Shown: piece after piece, positions 49,301-62,640 of the stretch
How the letters are laid out: the number at the start of each line of letters is the position of its first letter
Numbering within the stretch: the first letter of the stretch is position 1
Assembly: GCF_036321535.1 (NCBI RefSeq)
Contig: NC_087472.1
Coordinates: 102,736,001-102,800,000, forward strand
Source: Camelus dromedarius
Taxonomy: Eukaryota
Direction: 5' to 3'
DNA: 64,000 bases
The notes under the pieces: model-generated
The model's input: the letters and a program-made list of their open reading frames with translations, nothing else
What the model was told of the DNA's origin: nothing
Databases searched by the model: none
Position numbers and translations under genes: made by a program

Positions 49301-50032
49301 TTTCTCAAGTCAATCTTGCCCATTCTTTCTAAGTGTTCTAACCTGTTGCCTTCACTATCTGTGTGGTGTCAAGTAAAACAGATCCTCTTCAATGCCAAAG
49401 ATCCCTTTCAATACAAATCATCCAGTCAAGTTTTCTGATTTTTTTTAACAAACTTATTATTTAGCGAGTGCTAAACCTACTTGTAAAATGTGTTTCCAAG
49501 TATAGGTATGTGATATATTAATACGTGAGAAGCTTTGGTTTCAAGACCATGAGTATCACAGCAGCTCAACAAAAACTCTCTAAGAAAAAAACTGTCCTTA
49601 AATAAGGAATTTCTATTGACTTTTTTCATCAGCTTGTGCTATGATTTAGCCTCGTTTCACACAGACACTTGCCTAAACATTTAAAGACTCCCTTCATCCT
49701 TATTGATCTAATAACAATAAATTATACGCTAACTCAGTAACTATGACTAGAACAGCCATTATAACTGACCTATTGATTCCAGCCTCTCTTAAATCTTTAT
49801 TAATCACTGTTAATCTTGTGTTATCTCACGTACTATAGTAGCCCCGCTTATCATGGCTTTGGATAACTGCAAAGCCACTTTGCATAAATGCTGACTTGTG
49901 CTTTTGAAATCTTAATTTCTATTTTCAAAATTATTCTCAAGCCAATAGTGTGTATTTTCTAATTTAAAAAGTGTTACTTCCAAAGATTTTGATGAAACCC
50001 TAAAGATCAACGTGCCCATCAATTCTCAATTA

Positions 50033-50205
50033 CAGTGTCTCTGAAAATGTGATCTACAGGCACCACCATCAGAATCACCTGGAAGGCTTCCTTATAGTCC
50101 AGGCTCCTGAACAAAGATCTCAGAGGATGAGGATCTGTGTAAATGTTCTTTTAAGCTACCAAGTTTCTGGTAAGTTCTTATAGCAGCTGTCAGAAACTAA
50201 TACAA
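50033..50205. mobile_element. MER5-like fragment followed by an MLT1 3' end
   Basis: catcagaatcacctggaagg; aaatgttcttttaagctaccaagtttctggtaagttcttatagcagctgtcagaaactaataca. Confidence 0.65.
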
Positions 50206-51439
50206 TCTCCGTCATGGGATCCAGACTTGGTCTAAAATCCTTGAAAGTGAGAATGTAGATCCTGCCAGGGCTCTACCCAAAGATGGTTTTGTTCAGGCAC
50301 CTCCCTCTGTCTTCCTGGGCGATGCGTCCTCACTCCCACTCTGTATCTGATGGGATACCCAACTATTTACTTTTGCTGCCCTCTTGACTGTTCTCTGCTA
50401 GAAATTTTCAGAAGCTATAAACACTTCACCCTAAAACTTGATCCTCAGCAACAACTGTGAGATGTGGCATAGTCTATTTGTTATCTTGGCATCTCACATG
50501 TCTGGTCTGTATCCATTTGACATTGTAAATTGGATCTGTGATATTGGTCAATACAAGATTGCCTTGGCTATCCTTTACAATATGATTAACTAGCACTTCT
50601 GCCTCCCTTAACCTCATGGGTTGCCGATACTTTGTTTTCATCTGGGTGATAATCCCCTAAGATTCTGCATTGGATATCAAGGAAGGGAAGCACTTGGAAA
50701 CCTCTGCACATCTAAACTGCTCATCTAAGAATGACAATTTTATTTTTCACTTTCCCTAAACAACCTTTTCTTTTATTACATTCTCCTTTAATTGCATTTC
50801 TGTTATTAACTTTGCCCCAAGTGCATCTTACTATTGATTTTCATTTTTCACACAACTTGGACAGATCCTGGGCTGTACTGCTAATTTGCACTTCCATGTA
50901 GTTCTAGAGGTTGTCATTTTCAACTTCGTGTGATTTTTCTTATAGCTGCAGAACTTTATGTTCCAGGTCTGTAAGACACTTAGTGAGTTCTGTAAAGCTG
51001 GTAGCAGAGAACAAGGCTGCCTGCGAGTCTCTATCAATTAACACTTTCACATTCTGGCCTTCTGCAAAAGGCTCCCATTATTTAAATAAAAAATTTTGGA
51101 GAGATTTTTGTGGCTTCAGTGATACTGAAAACACAAGGACTTTTAAATAGCACCATTTCCTTCATTTAATTCTTGTTTCTTGTCACAGATAAGTAGATAT
51201 TGATAGTTTTGATACTTAAATCACTCAAAGAATCCATCATTAAATTGATGGCGCTGTTTTAGTCAATTTAATGCATGCTGCATGGTTTCTGCTTCTGTTT
51301 GCATTTCTAACTTCGTGGAAGGACTATTCGGATATGATGCACTCTTGAAAAATGGACTCAGAAACCTGTTTCTTTGAGAAGCCACTCCTATTTCCTTTAT
51401 TACTCTTAGCTGATTGTTTTGCCTTCTGATTCACTGGAA

Positions 51440-51790
51440 AATGGAAGGAGCTGAGTGTTCCAGTAAGATAAAGGATGGAAAGTGTCCAATGGCTTTGGTA
51501 ATCAGGAGATCCCCAGTCACTTTATATAATACAATTTGGTAGAGACAGAAGCCAGATTGCTGTGGGTTAAGACATGAATGGAAAGTGAGCAAGTGGAATT
51601 AGAATTAGCCAGTGGGAAAGAAGCAGAGGTGAGAGAGACTGGATGGTAAATAGAAGGGACAAAGGTTCAAAGAGGGATTTCAAGAAGAGAGAGCCTCTAC
51701 GGTGTTCCTTGGCCAAGGAGAAAGAGCTGGCAGCAAGGCCAAGCCTTTCAAGAGAGGCTGTGACTGTGTGAGCACGACCCTGGGGTAAAG
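51440..51790 (-). mobile_element. L2 fragment
   Basis: agtaagataaaggatggaaagtgtccaatggctttggtaatcaggag...gaagccagattgctgtgggttaag. Confidence 0.65.
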
Positions 51791-52496
51791 GTTTTTTTTT
51801 TGTCTATTTGGTTTTTTTCCCCTTAAAATGTAAGTTAAGCCCAGTTACATGTTTTATAGGACAGATATATTTGTTCTTGGTTTTCCCATTTTGGTGTTAC
51901 ACTGACAGACAACTTTTATTCATTTTCTTTGCTTTCTATCATAGTTCTTCTGATATTTGGGCAAGGTTGATATTTTTGTTTTATTGGTTATATTTGCTAT
52001 TATAACTATTAATAATATGTCTTTAAAAAAGAGCTGCAATACAACGGTTTTATATCTCTTTCACCTCACATCCCTCCTCTCAATATTAATTTTTTTACTC
52101 TTCCTCTGCTACTCTATAAAGCATGTTTCTGAGATAGTATAATGTGGGGAAGACAGTAAAATGTGGTTACAAGCCATTAAACAATTAATAGATTAAAATG
52201 CATACTGATGACTTTTTGCGTGCCAAGCAGATGCTGCTGGAGCGACCCCTGTAAATGCGCAGGCTCAGGTCTTTGCCCTCAGGAAACTCACAAGGCAGAT
52301 CACCAGGTGAATAATTGAGAATTGGATAAAAATACCTGTTGACTATATTCCTCAGCAAGAATTCCACATTTCTTATCATTTTAGTGTATTTACCTGAAGA
52401 TTTCAAGACATTCTGAGGAAATAATCTGCCTAGTTACTTAAATGCCTTATATAAGGCACTTTATTAGGACATTTTCACAACAAGCCACTGTTACAC

Positions 52497-52989
52497 TGTG
52501 AATGAAAAATATTGCCAGCCATATCAGTAAACAAAGGATGCTGCAGCCATCAAGTCATTAGCCATGACTGCCACCCACAAGAGTGAGCAAAGGGAACTCA
52601 GGATGGAGACAAGCAGGCAGCCACCCCCAGTGGTGCCCCTGAGGGAACCCAGGATGTCAAAGAACAGGATACTGGCCCTAGATAGCTAGGTGCATATAAA
52701 AGGAATGATTTCAATGAGCCCAGACATTTGCTCCTTCCCATACATAGGAAAGCGCTACATTCCTTAACTTGAGATATCTGGTTTTCTTTAATTAACAGTA
52801 ATCTTTTGATGTTCCACTACCTGGTTTTGTTGCAAAAACTCCTATATAACCTGGCTCCTCTCCTGCCTCTTTGGAACAGTCTCTTAGAGCCATCTGAGAG
52901 GCTGCCTCCCAGGCTAGAGGCCTCAGAAAGTCTGCTGAATAAAACAAAACTCTCAACTTTTAGGTTGTGCATGTTTTTTTCTGTTGACA
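52497..52989 (+). mobile_element. ERV1 solo LTR (laurasiatherian MER41-like)
   Basis: TG...CA; agtaaacaaaggatgctgcagccatcaag; ctatataa TATA at about 52842; AATAAA at 52938. Confidence 0.8.
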
Positions 52990-53384
52990 CCATAAATAGC
53001 CAGTGAACTGCTATCGAAATTTATTTGAGACAAAATCATATTCATTCTTGTTTTTCTCTGACCCAATTTTTTTTTTTTTTGGATTGTATTGGGCCAACTA
53101 GCTAGAAAAAAAGCTGATAGTCAAACATTTCTACATGGCAATAGTTTATTCTTTTAAGGGAAAGCCAGTTTTGTTTTAGATGCTTTTGCTGTATTTTATA
53201 ACATATTTAATGGATATTTATCTTAGGGAAAGTCATGTTTGTGAATGTTTTACAGATATGAAATTCACTATAGTGACAACCTTGACAGATGAGTTTGGAG
53301 TGATACTCTTTAAACTGGTAGCATGTAGTAGAACTAATTTGCTTGGGAGGGAGTTAAAATGCTCAAGATCTTCACAGTCTCCAC

Positions 53385-53522
53385 TCTAGGATTGACTAAT
53401 TGTAATCTTGGGTGACCACTCCTCTGTATCTGTGAAATGGGGACAATGCGCCAGTGACCATCATGGGGATTGAGTGAAATCAGCATGTGAAAGTCTTTGT
53501 AGCCTGAAAAACCTAACACATG
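53385..53522 (+). mobile_element. MIR
   Basis: atctgtgaaatggggacaatg...catggggattgagtgaaatcagcatgtgaaagt. Confidence 0.7.
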
Positions 53523-53536
53523 AGATGGGATGAGGG

Positions 53537-53935
53537 GTGTATTAGTTAGTGACTGCTGTATAACAAATTACCCTCTCCCCACTCAAAACACAGCAGCTTG
53601 AAACAACAAATATTTATCTCACAGTCTTTGAGGGTCAGGAATTTGAGGGCAGCTTAGCTGGGTGGTGCTGGCACAAGGCTGCAGACAAGGAGTCAGCTAA
53701 GGACACGTCATCTCAAGGCTCAAGGGGGATGGAGGGGTAATCTGCTTTCATGCTCGCTCACATGACTGTTGGTAGGATTCAGGTCATCACTGTTAGACAG
53801 AGGCATCAGTTCCTTGCCATGTGGGCCTCTCGGTAGGGCCGATCAAAACATAGTAACTGGCTTCCCTTGGAGCAAGTGAGTGAGAGAGCAAGAGAAGGTC
53901 CCTAAGATGAAAGCCCAGTGTCCTTGTAACCTAAC
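53537..53935 (-). mobile_element. MaLR LTR (MLT1E/F-like)
   Basis: tgtattagttagtgactgctgtataacaaattaccc...tatctcacagtctttgagggtcaggaatttg...gcttagctgggtgg. Confidence 0.88.
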
Positions 53936-55055
53936 TAATAACATCTTAAAATTACAATGAAATCACTGCTAACCTTGCAGAGCCCTCAAGATCTGTCTTA
54001 AAGTGTCAGTTTGTTCCAGACTACAAAGGAGTTAATGAAGGGCAAAATTTAGAAAGTAAATTTTATTTGCCCTGGTTTATAATACCCAAGTCTGAAAATA
54101 AAAGTTATAAAATGTGTTAAAATCTTGACAAATGTACTCAATTTTGATGGCCTTATTTCCTTGCCTTATTGCTTATTGCCTTTGCCTACAACATGAAGGG
54201 TTGTTTTTTTTTACTTTCTAAATAGCAGAGATTCTGAGTCTAACCAGAATAATTTCCTGCACTTTATGTTGACTTTATTATATGCTTGACTATTTAAGGA
54301 AAAAAAAGAACAAAGGTTCCTCAGTCCTTACTTATGAAAGAACTAAAATTCTTTATAATCATGTTACCTTCTTTTTTAGTTTAAAATGTTTATTGACACT
54401 TTGATTAAATATAGAACCAGATGTTGTTTCTCAGGCACCATAATCCTACCTTAATCAAGTGTCCAAGTCTCCTGTGACAACTTCTTTGATTTTTGCCTTC
54501 TCCAAATCAGATCCTTAATAAAGAAAAAGATAAATAAATTTTTCAGAATGTATTTTACACCTAAAAATATCTTTGTGGATTTCTTAGAGGGCTTCTAGAA
54601 AATCACAAAGGTTTGTTCTTTCACCTTTCAAATAGAAGGAAGCTAGAAACATTTGGTTTCTTTATTCGTTCCTATTAGTGAGTTATATGGGAAGAGTAGT
54701 CAAATAAGTGATACTCAACCTTCCCTAGGTTGAATGCACTTAAGTAAATGTCATGAATTTAAGTATTTTAGAAATTGTATGCTTTATGGGAAGTTTCTAG
54801 AGATTCATGAATGCCTTCACTGTCCATGGTATGTTTCTATTTCTCAGAGTCCTGACGGTGCTTTGCCGGGTATTAGGCAGCAACAGTATAGTATTATCAG
54901 TCATAATTTCAGTTATTAAAAATGTTAACTAGACCACAGTCTTGCTTCTTTAGTTTGAATCTAGCACCTTCTAGGCCAGTAGATTTCAGTCAGGGGTGCA
55001 CATCAGATTTACCCATGGAGTTTTATAAAAATACAGATACCAAGAAACTACTTCA

Positions 55056-55311
55056 AGGGGAAAGGGTAAGGAGGGATAAATTAGAGGCTGGGGATTAACA
55101 GATACACACTACTATATATAAAATAGATAAACAACAAGGGCCTACTGTATAGCACAGGGAACTATATCCAATACCTTGTAATAACATATAATGGAAAAGA
55201 ATCTGAAAAGAAAAAAAAAATGTATGTACATGTATAACTGAATCACTTTGGTATATACCTGAAACTAACATTATAAATCAACTATACTTTAATAAAAAAT
55301 TAAAAAAAAAA
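55056..55311 (+). mobile_element. Short L1 3' end with 14-bp TSD, inserted in a MER5-like fragment
   Basis: TSD aagaaactacttca (55042-55055, 55312-55325); cctactgtatagcacagggaactat. Confidence 0.95.
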
Positions 55312-56217
55312 AAGAAACTACTTCAGACTCACTGAATCTCTTTAACTTGATATTCTTGGTATATGCTTAGAATATTCTTGGTATATTATATATAATGTGT
55401 TTCACGATAACTATATATCTCAAGATTTTTTCCTGTCAAATAATTATGTTCATTCATTTTTTGTGTGTGTTCATCCATTTGTATACATCAAAGGTAACAT
55501 TCATTCACTTTATTGAAAATAGGCATAAGCATTATGCTTAAAGACATTTGTATACATTTTTAGAATGACTTTATTATCCTTCCTTTTCAAGGCCTGGAAA
55601 CAAGCTAATGTCCTTGTCAGTTGCATTATGCTTATTGTGAACTCTCATCAGACCTTTCACATATGAAAATTTTCAGAAAACATTCATCTTCAGTGAAAGT
55701 CTCTTTGCTCCGCAGATAGTTTTTATTTTACTCTAATTTCTTGCCTGAAAACTTGCTGTAAACTACAGGTCATCTCTGAGTCTTCAACAAAAAAGAACCG
55801 TCTCAGAGCCTTGTGAAAAAGGACTATAACAGGTCATTCAAATTACTGACATTTTGACAAAAAAAAAAAAAAAAAAAAAAAAAGATTCACATTTTGCAAA
55901 AAAAAAAAAAGATTCTGCAGTACAGGCTTTAGACAGCATCGCTTAGACAACTTTAAGATCATATCACTGCACTGAGTCAGGATTACCAGAACTCTTTCTT
56001 AGTCAAGACTAAGTCAGATGGTTTCACGACTCTATTGACCCAAGATCCATCAGACCAAGCGCTAATTACATAGGGCTGAATGAACTGATGAAAAAAATTT
56101 TATTGTGGTTACTTGTTTGAAATGAAGTTGATATTTTAAAGAATGTTTTTCCCCTAGATTATATCGGAAAGACCTTTCTCTATCTACTTAAGCTGTTTGT
56201 AACCTATAACATTTCTG

Positions 56218-56625
56218 ACAGCTTTACTGGGATATAATTCACACACCTTAGAATTCATTCATCTAAAGTGTACAATTCAGTGGTTTTTAGTATATTCACA
56301 CAGTGAGCTTTGTCATCACCAGTCAATTTTAGAACATGTATCATCCTAAAAAGAAATCCTGTATCCATTAGCAGCCACTCTAGCCTCTGGAAATCACTAA
56401 TCTACTTTCTATCCCTATGGATTTGACTATTCTGCACACTTCATATAAATGGAATTGTACATGTGATCTGCCGTGTCTGGCTTCTTTCACTTAGCATAAT
56501 GCTTTCAAGGTTGAGGCATGCTGTGGCACATATCAGCACCTCATTCTTTTTTATTGCTGAATAATATTTTATTGCATACATTTGCCACATTTTATTCTTT
56601 CATCAGCTGATGGACATTTTTGTTA
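56218..56625 (-). mobile_element. L1MB-type 3' end
   Basis: cagctttactgggatataattcac...aaagtgtacaattcagtggtttttagtatattcaca. Confidence 0.9.
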
Positions 56626-56983
56626 CCCATAACATTTAAAATAATACTTAATTCTCACCGATACCTTTCCTTCCTCTGCCACTGCCCCTGAACCCCAAAT
56701 CTTTATGTTACCTTATTTTTTATGGCAATATAGTTTTTTGCCTAGTTTCACTAAGAATCTATCTTCCTTATTGCTAGAATCAATCCAGACACTTTAATGG
56801 AACTCAAATTTTATTTCTGGAACCAATGCCCACAAAGCCTCCCAGGGAAACTCATGATGCTTAGAGGGTCCAGCCTTACATGTGACCAAGAACATGACTT
56901 CTTTGCAGGCCAGGAACCTTGGTACATTTAGGGGAACTTAAGGAGAATTTGTAGATTGTGCAAGTGAAATTTGATACAGAGTA

Positions 56984-57014
56984 CTTTTGTTTTGTTTTGT
57001 TTTGTTTTGTTTTG

Positions 57015-57045
<31 letters not shown>

Positions 57046-57190
57046 TTTTGGTGGGAGGAAGGTAATTAGGTTTCTTTATGTATTTTTTAATTAATTTTTT
57101 ATTTTACTTTTTAGTGGAGGCACTGGGGATTGAACCCAGGACTTTGTGCATGCTAAGCACATACTCTACCACTGAGCTATCCTCTCCCCT
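56984..57190 (-). mobile_element. vic-1-like SINE with (TTTTG)n tail
   Basis: aggtaattaggttt...ggggattgaacccaggac...catgctaagcacatactctaccactgagctatcctctcccc; flanked by cagagt repeats. Confidence 0.92.
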
Positions 57191-58124
57191 CAGAGTGTTT
57201 CTTAGGCTTGGTTTCCTAGCTTCAGGGCAGCAAATAATAGAGGCTTTTAAAAGTCCAATCTGAGTTTCCTTATGAAAATTTCCAACAAAGTTAACTTAGG
57301 AAGGCCTATATGGTAGCTTAACACTTGCTATATCTGTGTAAATAGTCAAACCAAACCTTATGTGAGACCAACCTTACTTTGTGATCATGAATAACTGTTT
57401 TTAGAGATTACTTTGATTTCTAGGAGACAGGGGGAGAGAGACTATAAGGAAAAGTATAAGACTTTGGAGTGGGCAAAAGAAATTATTGAGTATCCTTTCA
57501 ATGGAATGCTGGGGTCTCAGGATTATCTCATCCTACCAGCCTTTGCCTTTGACAAGGCTATTCTACAACTCTGAAGAGACAGAAATGAATTAGTAGAAAA
57601 CTGATGACCATGTAAATAATTCTTGTCCATACAAGTACAAACTAGCTGTGTCCAGTGGAATGGAATTCATTGTTGTGCAATGATTAGACCAGTTTTTGCA
57701 AATTCATTTCAACATTCCTTTACTGTATATAAATATGTGGTTCTTTGCCTTCTTGGTACCATCTTTTCCAGTTTTCTGTTAATGAGTTCAATAGAAAATA
57801 GGTGACAGTTGTTCATTTTACATTGGTATGAGAGTTATGATTTTGCTTTTTTTTGAACATTATCCTTTAACATCCTTAATAAATCAAAATGATCCCCCTG
57901 CCCCATCTCTGTAAGTGAGTAGCCTGAACTGCAGGGGCTGGCTGTGCTAAAAGGTAAAGAGCAGCCATGGAGCAAGGGAGGAGCTGGAGTGGCTCTCAGT
58001 GCTGGTGGCTTTCGGTTCTCTTTTGATTATTTCTAAGAATGGGATAGAGGCAAGGAATACATGGAAGGGATGAAAGAAACCTTAGTGAAACAGTTTATGG
58101 TAGGAGAAGGGAACTAGAAAGAAG

Positions 58125-58410
58125 ACACAATAGAAAGAATGCCAGGAGACCTGGGTTCAAGACCCAGCTCTGCTACCCATTAGCTGTGTGACCTAGGGTA
58201 ACTTTCTTAACCTCGCTGGGCTCCTCAAAAAATAACAGTTATTATGAGGATTAAAATTAAACTGTCACATGAGGTAATCAGCACAGTGGCCTGCACGGAG
58301 TATGGACTAAATAAATGTCAACTGCTGCTGCTTGTCATGATTATTATTATCATCATTATTCTTCTCTGGACCTCAGTTTCCTTAACTGTCAGAAGAAGGA
58401 GCCCAGCTTA
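58125..58410 (+). mobile_element. MIR (near full length) plus a second fragment
   Basis: gacctgggttcaagacccagctctgctacccattagctgtgtgacctagggtaac...atgaggattaaa...agcacagtggcctgcac. Confidence 0.9.
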
Positions 58411-58587
58411 GAACAGTGTTACTCTAACTTTAATATACTTGAGCTTGGGAAGCTTGCTTAAAAGGCATTCCTAAACCCCTTGCCCAAGTGTTCTCCTTTA
58501 GGAGGTCTGAGTGGAGTACAGAAAGCAGCCTTTGTAACAGGCACCCAGGTGAGAAGGACTCCACTAGAGGATTTGAAATCTGTCATC

Positions 58588-59180
58588 TATATGTACCCCA
58601 ATGTTCACAGCAGCACTGTTTACAACAGCCAAGACATGGAAGCAACTTAAGTGTCCATCAACAGATGACTGGATAAAGAAGATGTATATATGTATATACA
58701 TATATATGTATAATGGAATATTACTCCAGCCACGAAAAAGAATGAAATAACGCCATTGGCAGCAACAGAGATAGACCTGGAGATTATCATACTAACTGAA
58801 GTAAGTCAGACAGAGAAAGACATATATCATATGATATCATTTATATGTGGCTTCTAAAAAATGATACAAATGAACTTATTTACAAAACAGAAACATACTC
58901 TCAGACATAGAAAACAAACTTATGATTACCAAAGGGGAAAGGGGTGCGGGAGGGATAAATTAGGAGTTTGGGATTAGCAGATACAAACTACTATATATAA
59001 AATAGATAAATAACAAGTCCCTACTTTATAGCCAAGGGAATTATATTCAATCTTGTAATAACCTATAATAAAAAAGAATATAAAAAGGAATATATATATG
59101 TATAACTGAATCACTATGCTGTACACCAGAAACACAACATTGTAAATCAACTATACATCAATAAAAAAAAATAAATAAAA
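58588..59180 (+). mobile_element. 5'-truncated L1 3' end
   Basis: atgtaccccaatgttcacagcagcactgtttacaacagccaagacatggaagcaac...ttgtaaatcaactatacatcaataaaaaaaa. Confidence 0.95.
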
Positions 59181-59459
59181 TAAGTGTCTTCAAGTATGAG
59201 TGTCTCTGTTTTCCTTCCACCTTAAATTCTCTTAGCAGGAATAGCCGATAAAATACCCTACTTCCCCAAGTGATGATAGAATTTTCATTATTGAGATCCT
59301 GAGAGAAAGGGTAAAAAATCTTTGTAAACATCTTTGTAAAGCTGTACCAAAGGGCAATAATTGAACATGGCATTGGATAAAATGCACATAATTTTTAAAC
59401 AATGGCCTTGAATTGACTAATATTTATTGATTGTATCATTTGCAATAGGAAAGAAATCT

Positions 59460-59858
59460 GGAAGTAGAGGCCCCCTTCCCAGAGTATCAGCACCACCTGG
59501 GAGCTGGTTAGAGATGCAGAATCTGAGGCCCACTCAGATCTGCTGAATCAGAATCGGCATTTTAACGAGATGTTTAGGTGGTTCATATGCACCTCAAAGG
59601 TTGAGAAGTCCTGATATAGAACACAGGCCAACATACATACATCAGACAGACAACAATTAAGGATGAATCATCTGATGCTTATTAATTAGTGGGTCCCAGT
59701 TGACAGGTGCTGGGACACATCAAAGTCACCTGCAGAACCACAAAATACAGACCTAGCTCCAGAGATTGTGAATTTCAAGTGGGGCCCAGCAAAAAAATGT
59801 ATTTTGAAGGAGCCTCTCAGGTATTCATGGTTCACAGCCAGGCTGGGGACACACTGCA
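59460..59858. mobile_element. Two MER5-type MITEs (about 59460-59612 and 59688-59858)
   Basis: atcagcaccacctgggagctggttagagatgcagaatct...ctgctgaatcagaatc; second copy agtgggtccc...cacagccaggctggggacacactg. Confidence 0.8.
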
Positions 59859-60769
59859 GAGTATGAGAAATGGGAGTTCAAAAAAAGATTTAAAAAAAGG
59901 ATGGAATGGAGCAGAGAAGTAGGTCTTGAACTAATCCTTAAAATATGGGTTCAATTTTTTCAGAATGAGGAGCATGTATTTATGTGTGTGTTGACGGGGG
60001 AACAAGACTGTAAGACAATGTTATTGTAAATTTCTTCTAGAGAGAGAAACAAAAACACATAGTGAAGGAAATACTGTTCTTTGGGGAGTTTTAGCAGGAC
60101 TTTAAAACAGTAACACTTCTCCGTTAGAAACAAAGGTGATAGGGTGCTGTACATAATGTCTGGGGAGCCAATGTCACATTTGATTAATGTTTAGAAGCAG
60201 TTTGAATATATAGAATATTTTTCTTCTCAATTCCCACTTGGGGCTAATATGTATATTCTTTTCCTCACATAAGATAGTTTTAAAGTCTTGCTCTACATTG
60301 AGTAGAAATCATCTAAGCTTGGATTCATTTCAAGAAAATGGAAAATATTTCTGCTGGCACAATAGTTTGATTTCACCGGGTTCATTAAAAACCCAATGAG
60401 ATAATGGATATAATTACAGTGTGAAACTTGGGAAATGCTATATAAATGTCAGGTCATGGTTTCGACCCCTTCTGCCTCTCGCATCCTTCCTCCTGGCCTC
60501 GCACTCTACACATAACCTCGCTCTTCCCCGTGGCCCTTCTTGACTTCTGATCAGATCAGATGTCCTCCCGCCAAAGCTTTCTTGATTTTTTTTTTTTTGG
60601 TCAACCTTATACCTTAACTATATGTCCAATGTCATGCTTTATGATCTTGGGTTTTAAGTTATTTGTTTATATGTAAGCTTCCTCTGTTAGACTTTGAGCT
60701 CTTTGAGGCAAGTGATTTTTTAAATTCCTATTTGACTAGTGCTGGAGTTTCATTTCTCATGCATTGGCA

Positions 60770-61215
60770 TAAACTCCTAACAAAGCTCATCTCTTGCAGA
60801 TAACAACTATAAATTCTGGAAATTACAAATTACAAAAAAAAAAAAACCAACTACATAAAGGATCTGGAGAATAAACCAAGATAAGGCAGATTTTGCAGGA
60901 GTGTTCAGATTTGGAAGAAATGACTGTCACATTGCAAGTTCTGGATTTTTGCAGCTGGCAGAGTGGTGGGCTGTGATCACAGTGTGGTACTATCTTAACC
61001 TGCTTTCTTTCTGACCTGGGCAACCAAAGGACAGAACTCAGGGAGGCCATGGCTGCTGGAAAGTCCAGGGAGGCCCAGAAAAAGGAGACTTGGAGCAAGG
61101 AAACCTCAAGTTCTACATTTAAACCTAGTTCACAATCTGACTCTACACATCACACGCATGGTAAAGACTCAAGCTTGCAGCTGAGGCTAAAGAAACTGAA
61201 CCGAGACACGAGGTG
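60770..61215 (+). mobile_element. Old L1 (L1M4/L1MC-like) 5' region
   Basis: gcagataacaactataaattctgga...aaggcagattttgcagg...cacatcacacgcatggtaaagactc. Confidence 0.6.
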
Positions 61216-61334
61216 CTATGATGTTACAGATTATACTCCCCTGATGCTCTCTATTCTCCTTTTATAGCTCTTGTTTTCCCAGGAATTTCTTAATATCTTT
61301 CTTCCACAATATGCTCCATGAAGCAGGTTCCAAA

Positions 61335-62640
61335 TGGCAGGTTGGATTATTGTTTCCAATCCCTTGGTAACTCTCTGTAATAGAATTACACACCCATGCC
61401 TGTGGCCACATGCCTTTGCAGTAGCTCCCACTGGGGTAAGTGGAGATGATATCCCTGCCTCGTTAACTTGAGTTTGGCCATATGATTTGATTTGATCAAT
61501 GAAATATGGACAGAAATAACAGTGTACCAGTTCTGAACTGAAGCATTAAAAAGCACAGCATATCAGTCTGGATCCAATCAGGAAACAATGATTTGAATAC
61601 AGAAAGTTTAGTATAATGAATTATTAAACCATTAGAGATAGAGACATAAAGGGAACTCTAAATGATACCCCAGGGATGAGAGAGAGTACTCAAGGAAGGA
61701 CAAATTTGGAAGAAGGCTGATCCCAAGGATGGGTTTAGATCTCATTGGAGAGGGTATGGCTGTGGCCCATTGGATGGTGGAGAAGTCGGCTGGGTTGCCC
61801 TGGCCAGAGCTGGTCCACAATCACCAGGTATCAGGAAACAAATCTCTGGGGTACAAGCAAACTGAGGCTGATGAGCAGGAGCACAGAGCGAGTCACGGTA
61901 TCTAGAACCCACCCACTGGCAAGGTGGTGCACAGCCTGTGACATGTGGTATGTGCTGAGAAGGCTACAGGAAACACCCTCAGGGGTACAAGTGAGCCAAG
62001 GATTGCAAGTGGGTGTGCAGAGAGAGCTGGGGCACCGCTGCCAGCATGAGGCCTAGAGTGCACCAGTGTCCACACTAGGAGACTCATGCCATGTAGGCCT
62101 CCAGGCCTGGGCCAGGCCATGCGATCACTGAGCGATGGTGCACTCTGCGTGCATAGCTGGGACAAAGCACTGACAGCTGTTCCTACACACGTGCACCATG
62201 CAACAGAAGGAAGAAAAAGTAAAACAGCATATTGGATCCGGGAAAAGAAGCCCCCTTCTGCCTGAAATGTTCCTCCGCTGACAAAGCTTACTGTAAAGGA
62301 CATGTTCACTATAAAGGATAAATGATGAAAGAGTCCAGTCTACTACTGCAGAGCAGGCACTGGAGGGTGAGTTGGAGTTGAGAGCAATCAATTGGTAACT
62401 GGCTCTTCTGAGCTGCCACCTCCATGAGAAGAGCACGGCCCAGAGAGTCATTCCTGCTTCAGACTGAGTCCTACAATGCGGAGCAGACAGGAGCCATGTG
62501 GAGTTTGGTCTACTCGAGCTGTGATCGTTGAAATGACAGCCAACTTCGAAACCCACAAGTATAAAATAAATGTTCATTGTGGCAAACTTTTGAGGTTTTT
62601 GAACCTATTTGTATATATAGATATAAAAACTAATTAATAA
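61335..62640 (+). mobile_element. MaLR LTR (MLT1H/I/J-like) split by an ERVL LTR
   Basis: ggattattgtttccaatccc...ttggccatatgatttgatttgatcaatgaaatatg...gtaccagttctga; resumes gccacctccatgagaagagca...aaataaatgttcattgt. Confidence 0.8.
61561..62400 (-). mobile_element. ERVL LTR (LTR41-like)
   Basis: tatcagtctggatccaatcaggaaac...gaaagtttagtataatgaattattaa...gagagcaatcaattggtaactgg. Confidence 0.75.

Larger units (their letters stand above)
53960..57440 (+). mobile_element. Non-autonomous ERV1 internal segment (MER4/MER34-int group), multiply interrupted
   Basis: AT-rich motifs typical of this group: tttgatttttgccttctccaaatc, aaatcacaaaggtttgttctttcacc, aggcttttaaaagtccaatctgagtttccttatgaaaatttccaacaaag. 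Confidence 0.7.

Noticed and set aside
52497..52989. Interferon-inducible (STAT1/GAS) enhancer as described for MER41 elements
   Set aside because: I found no TTCNNNGAA site in this copy, and the family assignment is from memory
24222..59340. Scattered small direct repeats (gtgatgtact x2 at about 24223, atttcatgtaataaa x2 at about 45833, atattcttggtata x2 at about 55350, atctttgtaaa x2 at about 59318)
   Set aside because: Ordinary slippage duplications with no shared sequence or periodicity
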